Positions 51,601-64,000 of a stretch of 64,000 nucleotides of DNA are shown here, piece after piece. Source of the stretch: Trichoplax sp. H2 (Eukaryota); NCBI GenBank assembly GCA_003344405.1, contig NOWV01000001.1, positions 1,178,001 through 1,242,000 on the forward strand, written 5' to 3'. How positions within the stretch are numbered: position 1 is the stretch's first letter; each line of letters opens with the position of its first letter. The position numbers and the translations under genes are program-made. The notes under the pieces are model-generated. The model had not been told where the DNA came from, did not search any database, and saw nothing but the letters and a program-made list of their open reading frames with translations.

Positions 51601-53735
51601 GGAATTGTTAGATTCCAAGTATCAGTCTGAAACGATGTTGCGGGAACTTAAAGGGAAATATGCGAGTTTAGAAAATGTAATTCTTAATTTTCTTAAGGGC
51701 TATTGCGAATCAGTGCATGTGCTTACTATTGCTATTCATTGTTATAGGAGCATAAGATCACTTTCGATGAGTTAGATAAAATAAGAAAGCGAGTTAGCTC
51801 ATCTAACTTAGATTTACAAGATAAAGACAAAATCATACTCCAGTTAGAAACTAAACTAGCAATTTTAAATCAAGATATCGAAAGCAAGGGAGAGGTATTT
51901 ATTTATTCTTTAACTATTAGATATAAAATTAATTTCGGTGAGGATATTAAATGCGCTGATTTCATTTATAGCTTCTACATGAAAATAAAGCACTACTTAC
52001 TACCATTGCTGAGGAAAAGGTACGTAGCCGCTTGATTGTTTCTAAAGTTGTTTTTTGTAATTCTTTCTTTTGTATATTGTTTAGCAACAACTTGGGCAAT
52101 TATGTGATAAAAGGCAGCAAATGTGCAGTAAATTAGAGAATGAGAATATTGCCTTGACAGGAGATATTAAAAAGGTCCTTAATAAATGTATACCTCTAAC
52201 GGTGCAATTTCGTTATTTATATAATTTAAAGTAATTGTATTTGTAATTTATTGCTGGCTATGTAGGCAAATGAAATTATAAAAAATCTTCAAGGAAGTCT
52301 GAAAGCTTCAGAGAGTAAAGTTAGTATCTGATAGCGGATTAATTACTTAATTTTCAACGCTAGAGCACATAATATACAGAAACCTAATGCTAGTTATACT
52401 TTAGATAAAAGAAAGAGATTTCGTAACAGTTGAGCAAGAGAAGATCATCAAGGAGAAGGCAAGCTTTAAATTAGAAATCGTTAAATAGTGTCTTAATTTA
52501 CACTTGTCGGTAAATCTTTGCTGATATCGTACAGGAAAAATCGTTACAATCTAAGAAACGGGAATTGCAATCGATCCGTGACGTAGTAGAAAAAAAGGAT
52601 AACGAGGTACCGTAAATGAAAAGACAGTTTAAAGGATTATTATTATCGTATTAATGCCCAAGAGCTATTATTTGCCTAATAAATTTAGATAAAATCCTTA
52701 AATGACAAAATTGAAAAGTATCATGATAAATTGGAAGAGAGCAAAAAGCAATTAAAAACTAACGAACAATGTTAGTCGTGCTTTAACTTTGAATTATATC
52801 TGGAATGAATTCAAAATTAATCATTTAATTTACTGCATTGTTAAATTCGTAGTAATCGAATATTTAAATAAAATGTTGAATGATGCCCGCATACCTGCTC
52901 AGCCTCGGCCTATTTCAAAGTACACAGGAAGTAATCCTGTTACAGTCGACTACAGCCGACGATATCATATGGTAAGCAAGACAACATTTGAATAATTCTT
53001 AATTTCTAGTACTCGATGAAAATAGATAAATATGTACCGCGTATATATTTTTTGACTTAAGTATTTCATTTTAAGCGGAATACAAACAGTGATTCGGCAC
53101 TTGGTAATGTGCAACCGCGTAATTGGCCTGTACCGATTACCAAGACACTGCAGTCAAGTACAGGAGTATTAACTAATCCACAAACTGATGTGCCAAGTTT
53201 GCCGCAGCAAAACCAAACAGTCAAACTTGAAAAAGTAAGTTTCTGTCTCGATGAATGTATAGTATCATACAATTACTTCTGATTTTAAATGCACTGCAAC
53301 TGTAGTGTAAGACGAAATAAAATTGACTTATTAGTCTTAAATTTTTAATAACAATTTGATACCAATTTATGCCCAATAATTTCAATAAAGTTACTATAAT
53401 AAAATTAATAATGCTTTATATAATTAATTCCATGTACTAAAATGCTTGATTACATTTAGGTTGTATATCAGCCATCGTTGACAAAAATTTCTAGCAATGC
53501 GTCATACGATATTCTAGCTAATAGTGGAACACCCCAGAACGTAGTAACCAACAGACCAGATGTTAAACCAATCGATTCGATATATCTACAAAAAGCCAAC
53601 TCTCCAAATAATGAAAATCATGCCGCGAAACAACCTATTAATAACAGACGTATCGATCCAGATATTGTCACTGGGCCTTATACCCCTCAAAGTTATATGT
53701 CAGCCTACTTTCCGAAAGATGTAGATAAGTATTAA
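48647..53735 (+). CDS. SASS6: Spindle assembly abnormal protein 6 (centriole cartwheel protein), multi-exon
   Basis: LAIRITDEADPFFILNLTLGEEEYR|SLKTQQKLLVDFITFPKSITDLLELC; VIETSQFRHLVHLSL; long coiled coil with K|ANEIIKNLQ and LKTNEQ|LIEYLNKMLN; C-terminal SAYFP. Confidence 0.93.
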
Positions 53736-55893
53736 ATATTGAACATTCTTCCGCAAATAAGTGTGATATTTATCATTTCAAGCCTGTGCTATACTAAGTC
53801 AATAGATATCTTTATTATTACTCGCCAAACCACCGAAGTATTTGCATTCCTGCGCACACATGTATTCTAGGAGCGAGTTTATGACTACTAAATATTATTC
53901 TTTCTGCGTTATCTTTGCATAGTATACTAAATGGTAGCATTTAATTACAACTTGAGTAGCTGTACCGATCTATCCTATATTTTAAATTGGACTCATAAGC
54001 GGTTAGCTTGTGAAGATTGTATCGATGTTAGATTTTAACGCTACATTTTTTACTTTAAACTTTTCGTACCACCTATCGATTTTTACCTTGGCATTTTATA
54101 CTAGACAGGAGTAATGTACATTGTACAGGATATATCACAGCATTTCATACTGTATATATATTATGCGAGTAGATTAATTTCAGCGCATATCATTTCTGAT
54201 TAATTCCTTATTAAATTTTAATATAGTTACGTTACAAGTAAGATTTGCTTACTGAAAGATAGAATTATAATGGTTATGCATTTGCCTTCTTCAAAATTTT
54301 GACATGCTAATTGTTCGAAAGGTGCCTACGGGATTTAAAAGCTTTTATTAGAAATAGCAGAAGGCTATTGTACAAAAATAATAATTGAAGTGAAGTAAGA
54401 AATCTATCCTACTTTTACGCGTAATTAACATAATGCAATAAAATTGATTAGAAAAAGACATCTTTGTTGAGTTACTGCGTAACAAGTGTTACACTTCAAG
54501 AATGTAAAAGCAAATGTAATGAATTGAAATCGTGGCCTTTAGGCTACCTTATTAAAGTCTAGAATACAATTTAAACAAATTTATAACGGACAATAACTGC
54601 CCGGACATTAAAATTAAACAAAGAAAGATAAAATTTTATTAAGTTGTACGTGTATGAATCAATTAAATAGAAATATTACTTTAGTAAATAATTTGATATT
54701 ACAATAATTAATCTTAAAAGATGCCATCTATTTGAACTGTGCGGTATGGCATGATTTGCAATTACCGAAGCTACATAAAAAGTTAAGGAACATTATACAA
54801 TTTAGAAATCTATCCTTTAGCTTATAAATTGCTAACTTGCACATTAAACATAAAATTACAAATTTTAATACATTCTTAAATTATATCAGAAAGAATTACC
54901 AATGTACGCTACCGAAGATAAAAAATGACAGTAATTAAAAATATTACCAGCACTAGCGTAATTTTTTAAATTAAGAAATTATACAAATAATGAAATCTGT
55001 AAATGTTAATTTAAAAGTGCAGTCCATTTTATGATTTCTAATGAGGCTCTTGCAATTAGTATCTTATATAAAATTATTGACTTAATCAGCAAGGATCTTA
55101 GTTAAAACTTTAGGCATGAAGTAGACTGTTGATTATTTTCATTCTTAGCAGTAGATCGATCATCAGCGCAAATTGAAAAGATGTATCTGAAAATGATATC
55201 AAGACTTGATAACAATTAAACATGTATTTCACTGATGGTAAGAAAATTAACGATTTACGTTGTAATTCGTGTCCTACAATTGCTTGTTATACAGATAATA
55301 GTGCGAGCTCTTTAGTTTCGACAATTATAATAGAAAAGCTAAGAGATGAGTAATGCTCTTCTAAGTTTGTAAAGCTTATAGTGACGAAATTTCTATCGTG
55401 ACTATAGCAAAATATCGAAACTTCTCACTGGTAACCAGTTTTACCAGGACTTGTCAAAGATGATTAAGTCTAAAGGAAATTTATAGTATCTCTATTAGCT
55501 TCAATTATTAGTATTGAAGAATGTGAAATTAATACAGTTTATAATTTCATCGCGTATAACTTAGTAAATAGCATTTTATATTACAGTGTATACACGATTG
55601 TGCATCGATATTAACTAAATTAGATTTCTAAGTTATAAAATTTGACAAAGTCAGCGCATTTGCGAAGCACTCATAACGAAATCATGGAGGTTATAGTTAC
55701 TAGCATACCAAGTGTAACGTAGCGATATCACTAGTATGATTACTATATGAATGGGTGAAGTGCTGATTAAAATTAATCAGAAATGATAAGTAATTTAGTC
55801 GATCATTTCTTCTCGCTTGCAAAATTAAAATTTTAATGCATCATATGTAAATTGAATACAACGTCCTGAGTTGGCTTATCCGTATTTGAATAT

Positions 55894-58268
55894 CTAATGG
55901 CAACCACAAGCATCTACGACTATGTCAGGATATTCCTTAATGATAATCTTATTCCCTTCGACATAAAGAAAACTTAGTGGCGATAATTGAGTTGGCGCAC
56001 ATTGAGACGCTTTTACACCTTGGACTTTAAGGTCGTGCAGAATAGCCATCACAATCGCATGATTTGTAGCATTTAAATGAGGTCCAAGAGGATATGAGCA
56101 AGTACCGCTGCAGTAGTATGACTCGAAAACCTTCGGAGCAAAAATAATGTCATTATTAAAAACTTGATCAACCTTAATTTCCATAGAACGGCGCCGGCAT
56201 GACCTTTTCTTCTTCTGTTTGCTTTTTTTCTTACTGGACTTTTGCTCGGTAGATCGCTTAGTGCGCTCGTGCTTTTCATCTGAATCATCATCATCATCCA
56301 TATTGTTTTCGTCGTTATCACTCGCTATTGATCTTGCCATTCTCGATAAAACCCCTCGATGATGTTCAATATTGGGCACTTCTTGCTCATGGTGCGGTCG
56401 ATAGTCGTTAACATTTCCTCTATCACTATAAACGACCAGTAAAGGTCTAAAGTTACCTGTTCTGCGTGTCTTAAATAACTGACGGCTAACATCATTAGAT
56501 TTTACCAGCAGTAAATCCGGTGTTTTGATAATCACACGAAGACCCAAATTGCTGGATTCATCATTAATCCAGGCACGAACAGTAGTCAATACATCGAATG
56601 TAGTTTGTGTTTGATTACCATTTGTGTATATCAAATGTTTAGCTACAACTTGTGTTGATCTGTTGTGGAATATTTGATGAATTTCAACGTAATAAAAGAG
56701 GTGGAGCTTTAGCAATTTCTCAGCATTGAGTGGCCTTCTTGTTAAAACAAGTTCCGCAGCGACAACATTTTCTAGATTTGAAGTTTTATCATTGGTAATA
56801 TCGGACATATTGAATGTAAATCGACCAACTCCTCGAGACCAAGAATGACCTAAAGATACGCCAAGCTTATGAGTATGCGAATGGTTGAAGAGGCAAAACA
56901 TCCGCTACATTAATTAATTAGCAATAAACACTGATATTCAGTCAGTCGCTAATGACTATAATTTCGATGAGTACAACTTTTTAAAACCTTCTAAAGCCAC
57001 ACGATTGAAAACCTTATTTATCTTGTCGAGTTTAGTTCTACAGTCTGAGCGTAGATACTAGAGATTATACTGTATTACAGTATTGAACACGAATTTGTTG
57101 AAATGTTTAGTCAACGAAGTGTCATCAGAAGTCTTTAATTTGTCATACTTTTTACACATTCTAAGAAATAGACAGCATGAGGCTCTATATGTTAGTACAG
57201 TAGTAATGCTATTTAGCACTGTAAGGTTTTCGTAATGATTGAATAAGTATATGTTAACAATCAAAGACCTTGCTGTTCTTGAATACATGCATGATAATTT
57301 ATTTTAGATAGCTTGAAGAAGCCAGATTTCGCTAAACGTACGCTCATTGTCTTACACTATACCGTGTATAGCTAGATACTAGTGCTAGATTTAGCGGTAG
57401 TTCAATCTTCGCTGGATTATTTTATACCGTAAAGTAGAAATTTTTAAGCTGCGCTAGTCCTTTTTATTATACTGTACTATACCAACGTGAAAGCCACGAT
57501 CGAGAAATAAAAGCTTATTATAGCTGATAGTATTTAAAGTAGCGTCAATACTGTTCGATTTTTTGTCACAAGCACTTAAATAAAAAGGAGCGATCTAGAC
57601 AGTCAAATTGATGACAATATTGACTGACCATTTACAAACTAAATCATGACAATTTTTATGTACTAATGGTAGCACGTCAGCGTAGGAACGATTGGGAGCA
57701 TGTTAGAGAATACTAATGCATGACTATCAACTGTTTATGGTTCAAAGTGTAGAATAACCTTCATCTCGACTGTCAGTCTGTTGTCAATTCGTGGTAATCT
57801 CTAATAACAAAATTAAACTACAGAGCCAATACTAGTTTGACGATCATAAAAATTGATTCTGTTTTGTATCATTACGCCATTATGTGCAATTAAGTTAGAA
57901 AATTTACCTCCATCTGCTGTTCGAATGCCTTGTATAAGGTCACACTGAAATTTTTTATCTTCATGTTTGATTAAGAAATTGCTAGCACCACCTTTAATTC
58001 TTCCGGTTTTCTTGTCAGCGATTGAATTATATAAATCCCACATATATCTGGGTGCTTGGACGTTACTCTTTTGCGTAGATGAGACTGATTTCTTCGATCT
58101 GAGTAATTGGATGACTCTTTGTCTCGCCATTGCAGACTCTTCATCTTCATCACTTTCGTGATCTACATCATCCAATCTTGACAGTGCAATTTCTGCTGAT
58201 GAAGCAGTGATGTAGTAAATAGACTGGGCGAGTGTCGCCAAGAGAATAATTATAAACCAGGATTTCAT
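55894..58268 (-). CDS. BMP/Dpp-like TGF-beta family ligand precursor, 2 exons (58268-57908 and 56849-55894)
   Basis: Signal peptide; prodomain APRYMWDLY, FNMSDI, AAELVL, FDVLTTVRAW, RPLLVVYS; furin-type sites RMAR and RTKR; mature domain C...APKVFESYYCSGTC...NATNHAIV...CAPTQLSPLSFLY...VVDACGCH. Confidence 0.92.
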
Positions 58269-61200
58269 TTCGGATTATTCTATTTTGACCACAAATCAAT
58301 TTCAAGTTTATCGTTCACAAAATTTTGTTAATCTTCACCACGTCGACAGAAATATCGATTAATGGTACGACAATGTCGATAAGATAGCGTTGGTTAAACT
58401 CTTAGGTATTTTTGTCTATTCCACTTTTTACTCGTCAGGTTAAACCTGTGCAAGTGAACTATACAGGGTAAGGGAGAAAATCGGGTAACAACTAGTCAGA
58501 ATTGCTCGTACAACACAATACGTATGATCTATTTAAAAGAAGCGAATTAAAATGACGTTGCGCTAATTCATAAAGATCAACTAACCCAATTTCGTACAAA
58601 ACATAAAAGCTAAGGCAAGATTGAGTTTTCCGGTTATTTTTCTGGATAGCAAGTCTAAGGCGACATTTGTGAATTCCTTCAGCGATTTACACCTTGAACC
58701 ACATCTAGCAGAATCTAGCCATTTGCATGAAAAAAAGGTTATCAAAAAGATTAGGAGAAAAAAATCAATTCAACATAAAGATAGCTATTGGTTGACATGG
58801 TAGTGAAAAGAAGATCGATCAAATATAGCGTACTAATAGCATTTAAGACATGGAATTAGTCTTTACACTATAAATTACCCTATTTTAGTTGATCAATAGG
58901 AGTCGTTAACGGCGATAACTTCTGCTTCTATTTTTTGTATGTGTTGTTTTTCAAATTCAAGTTTAACGTATTAATTATATAAGTTGCTGTAGGCAAATAA
59001 TGACTATTCAATAAACAGCGTAGTATTGTCGTTGTTGGAATTGATTGAGTTTGTAGGCCAAGATTTTTTTTCTGTTAATACGAATTGCGTCAAGTAATTT
59101 TATCAACAGGTAGTTCAAAAATACCGATCTTTGCAAGGATGCAAAATGGCCAATGATGGGAAGACGTTGGGACACCGGTGTTGTAATAGCAATAGTAATC
59201 GCCAACTTGAGCACAGTAGGATATGTAATTTTTATTGCTGTTGAAAGATGTAATAATGTACGTTAATTAGTTGACAATTCCAGCATTGACTATAAGCTAT
59301 AATATTGCTTGTTTCTTTTCTCTATCAATCTAATATTGAATAGATGGAGTAATAATATGGCGATTATTTTATTATTTTCCAAGTCAATGGCACCCCACGA
59401 CGCTGAAATGTTGCCACAATCGGTTGGCTGCTATCCAGTGCGTAAGAAAGAATTTGCAATCAAGTTGATCACCACACCTGGGATGAATAAGCAATTGCTA
59501 GTAATGATGGATTGGTTAATAATATTGAGTAGAAATGAATCCCTTGAAGATATTACATGATCTCCTTGCAATAAGAGTGAGAGAAAAAAAAAATTGCTGC
59601 TTGAAGGCCTGTTGCAATGACAACCGTACTACGTAACAGCGATTTGAAAAGACTCTTCTCTACCGTTGCAATGGCTCGTTGTTGTGTCAATTAGCCTTGA
59701 AAAACGCTTTCAATCCTATCATTCAATACTACTATTCGATCACTCTATCTGATCTGGTCTCTACAACTTGGATGAAGATTAATTTTCCACTTTCTTTAAC
59801 TTGAAGGAATGATTTAGCGGCTGAAAATGGAAGAAGAACTTGCAATAGTGTGGTGTTAACTGAGGGCCGAGTTGGAAAAATGGATCGATGTTTTGAGTAG
59901 GTAACGCTTACTATAGTATAGGATGGTCATGATGGGTATTTGAGTTAGCCTACTGGAAACAGACATTTGGTAATAGAAGTAGGTATGGAAAAGTCAATGC
60001 AACCAAGTGTCGATATGAGAGTAAGAATCCATCTAACTGAGCATACGCTCCACCTCACTAGTGTAATCTCTGTATTGCTACAACATGATTGTGCACTCAA
60101 TGACGTTTTACTGACAGCATGGTAAACGCGACCACCACTAGGGTCGCGCGTTGATCCAAGATCCAATCGACTATACTACTACTACTACCCATTCACTAGT
60201 TTATGGACGGAAGAAAGCGTTCAAACTTGTTATCACACTACATGGTACAGTATGAAATGGTCATCAAAATGGATGACATTACTAATACACCAGAATACAC
60301 GATCGTTGGGTCTTGCAACATAGTGACGGGAAGTAAAAAATGGCGGAAATACTTTCAACCCGCCTAGACACAAGGCCAACGATTAAATAGCAAAAAGAAA
60401 TGATAGTCAATCCATATCGAGTTGTGCCATTGCAATTTCTGGTCTGATTGGAATAAAGAAACTTGATAGCTTGGGTTATGTACTTGCATATCTATATATA
60501 TACACGATAGCGCAAAAGCTGATGCAAGTGCAATCGCTGCAGATGAAATGAGTAAGAGGGATCGAGCAATAATAACTGCAATATCCCCTTGCATCATTGA
60601 TCAATCAATATCTTCAAACGATGGTAGATTGAGCAGAAACTATGGAAGGATCGATTGAACCGATAAAGGACTAACTTTCTAACCCTACTTAGATATCCCC
60701 TCCCCCCAATGCCTCTGCCGTATACTAGCTATTATTGACGATTAACAGCGATTGGGTTACGTCGCTGTTTACCCGATTTGCACAGGATACGCGTACATTC
60801 CAAGAATTAGTTCATTCTGATTGATTACTTTATGCAGTATTGAAAATATTGTCATTACTCTACTGTATCATGATGACTGTTAGCATTCAAAATTACTTCA
60901 TAGCAACATAATTTACTATCTTGCGAATCACGAAATCATGCAACTCTTAATCACTGGTATATTCTTTACGAATCTCAACTTCTATTTTGGATATGTTGTC
61001 AATAGAGAAAGCATTGATTGCACGATGATGGCTAAAAATAGTGTAGGTAACTCACGACATGTAATTAATATCATTGCATGCAGTAGAGACCAAGCTATTG
61101 AACTCGTTCGATTGACTTTTAAAATAGTATGTAACGATTCCGTTGCAATAGCGAATTAGCGATAATAGAATAAGTTCGCCAGCTAAATTCTTATACTCTA

Positions 61201-64000
61201 ATCGATATTAGATACCGTTAGCGCTGATATAAAAGGGCTATTACATCATATCTATACTTCAGTAGAAAATAGAAAGCATGCTAGCTATGTATTTATAGCA
61301 CCTTTAAACTGGATACTCTGGGAGAAGATATCAATCAAAAAATAATACGAAATAAAGGAATGCAGTGAAACAATGCAGGATAGGATAATTACATAATTAA
61401 CTTTATTTTGACTATATTTTTACGGAATTTCAATGTCAAAGTATTAAAATGAACTCATCTAATTGAGACCCAATTGGGAGCATTAATAATAACAGCAAAG
61501 TCAGAAGCATATATGTAATGGCGTATGAAATAATAGACGACGTTACGTAGATGTCGTGTCTTCATCAATTTGCTCAACTAGTATTTCATAAATAATTTTA
61601 ATATTAGAACTGTAACAGAATTATTTCAATTTGGTAGGTGTATTAGTCCAGAAAAAGACAAATAATTTCTATTCATCAACGCAATAATTAAACTATAACT
61701 AAACAAATAACAATCTATTGAAATGTTGATAATATTTTTCTCTAGTAAAGTAATTATCATTAAAGAAATGAATAGTTAAGAAAGAATAATTTATTCTTAT
61801 TTATACATGACAATAGTGCAATACAATATGGTTTTACTTCGCACTCTGACGTAGATTGTATTAATGGATGGCACAATATCAACCATTATCATTCTATATT
61901 AAACATATATTTTGCTATTTACAAAGCTCTGTCCATTTCAACAAAATTGGTTCGCCTATGTAAGCTAACGCTAGCTTCTATCAGTATTAATTATGTATCT
62001 TTGCACTATTGAATTACCTAAGTTTGAACTCACAAGTTGCTATCCAGTGACTTTAGAAAGTACAAGATGATTAAGCAAATATGTCACTGTTAAGTTATCC
62101 AACCGATAATAATAACAATATTTTGAGTTATATAAATCACAGATATCCATCTACTTGAACAATTCATGAAAGAGCAATCTTTACAGTAAAATTTTACGCA
62201 CTATCAAGAGCAGTAAATATCAACTAGTGAAAGGATCTGCATTCGTGGAAAAGTATTTTTAGAAATACAGTATTCGGTAAATTGACAGCCTATGCCAGAC
62301 TCTTATCATATGCGCCTATTACTATGCGGTAAATACTGTATGTAATCTATCTCCAAGTAATTATCTTAATCTTTAACTTATTCTAACTGTATACTAGGAA
62401 GAACCACACAGAACTGCTATTTAAATATTTTTTATAAATAAATGAGACAGGAAAATGAAATATCTAACTTCTTCAAAATTTAAAGAATTGACTTGCACCA
62501 TTACAAGATGATGGTAACAGATCAAATATAGCTTAGCATGAAGCGATAACAATAATACTTGTACTTAACACTACCGGTATATTCTTAATGATTCGCAATT
62601 TATGGGTATAAGGCTAGGTTCAAGGTTTGATTAATGCTATAAAAGCTTTGAATTTTAGGTCTCCAATAACTATGATCTTAATGCGTACCGGATATCTCAA
62701 TCAATTCAGTCACGCTGTTATAAGATTAAGACGACTTATCATTTATTTATCAGGATTTTGATATCATTAGCCAGTAAAACCTTAGGAATATAAGAAATGT
62801 TTATGGTTGGTGAAATGTGTGCATAAAACTATTCTATCCGGCTATATATAGCATAGTTGTACAGTAGTATAGTCATTAGCTTTTATCTATTTTAACCAAA
62901 TCTCGTTGAGGAATTTCGTCCATGAGTAATTTCATTGTGTTCAATGTTACTCGAAATTGTGATCTTCATTAGGATATTTAATTATAAAGTCATGATAGCA
63001 TACTGATTTGTAGCATTTAGCTTATAATTCCTGAAATATCTTAACTGATACCAGGACCATTTATACATATTACAATTGCGCTCGATATTAGTACTCTAAG
63101 AGTATCATTCAAGGGCAACTTCCAATCCTATAAATCTACGTGCTTCGATTGATGAGCTGAAATAATTTAGAGTAAACTTGCTATTAAAAACCATTATGGT
63201 CAATTTTTTAAGAGTATATTATTCTTTCATTTTAAAATTACTGAATTAAATAATAATAACCTGTAGAATATTTTATCTAAGATTTACAGGATTAAAATAA
63301 GTAGCTAGCGTAAACCAGAAGTTCCTTAAATTTGCTATGCTATGTTACTAAACAATAGCAAACTAGGAAATATAAATACCAATTCAATAAGCAACGTTCT
63401 ATATAATTTCAAGGTTAGTTTGCTAGGCTTTGTTTTGATATTAATTAAATAATTTTCATCCAGTTTTAGCTACTTTGAGATATTGAGTTGGTTTATTCTT
63501 TGCTTGAAATTACTTTTCAATTTAAGTTAATCACCTCTAATATATAAGCGTCAATAGGATTCTTTGCATAAATTTAGTATGTTAGAAAGATAATTATCAA
63601 TAAACGATAGTATTATGGCACTGGATACGCAGATATGTTCAGAGAAGTAAATAAGAATGATATATGATCAAATTAGAACAGACTGTATCCACTATGGTGA
63701 AAATAGTAATTGATTTTATAATATGTATTACTGAATAAGTAATAACATTATGAGATTAGGTTATATTGTAATAATGCGGATATGGTCTGCTCAAGATAAT
63801 TTGTAATTTTTGGACAAACATACTTTCTATGTCATCATAGCTTTGATAAAGAGCATCACATGTATAGTGTTTGTGAATTGATGAAGACTTTCACAAAATT
63901 ATCATCATTAAAACCATGATTATATATTAGATAAAGATATAACAACTAGATGAATAGACGCCCAAGTTGGGTGCTTTTCCAATATGTTGTGATAGAGGTT

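Noticed and set aside
60800-64000. Genes or RNA genes in the last 3 kb
   Set aside because: AT-rich with no recognisable ORF, tRNA or repeat structure by eye.

Overview
AT-rich eukaryotic animal DNA with many short GT-AG introns. Gene content and compactness suggest an early-branching metazoan such as the placozoan Trichoplax; this is inference, not verified. Eleven protein-coding genes can be reconstructed by hand: two intronless SCPEP1-like serine carboxypeptidases, SSX2IP, DBT, CWC27, NDUFA11, an EFCAB14-like type II membrane protein, an alpha/beta hydrolase with an internal membrane insert, ORC1, SASS6 and a BMP-family ligand. Three pairs are head-to-head. The most striking non-coding pattern is that mixed-orientation (TACAG/CTGTA)n arrays cluster at gene 5' ends and bidirectional promoters. 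Other notable points: an ORC1 apparently lacking its BAH domain, followed by an internally deleted duplicate; a BMP ligand lacking the dimerisation cysteine; an E2F/CHR/CCAAT cassette between ORC1 and SASS6; a GC-AG intron; and a tandem exon duplication. Exon boundaries were read manually and are provisional.
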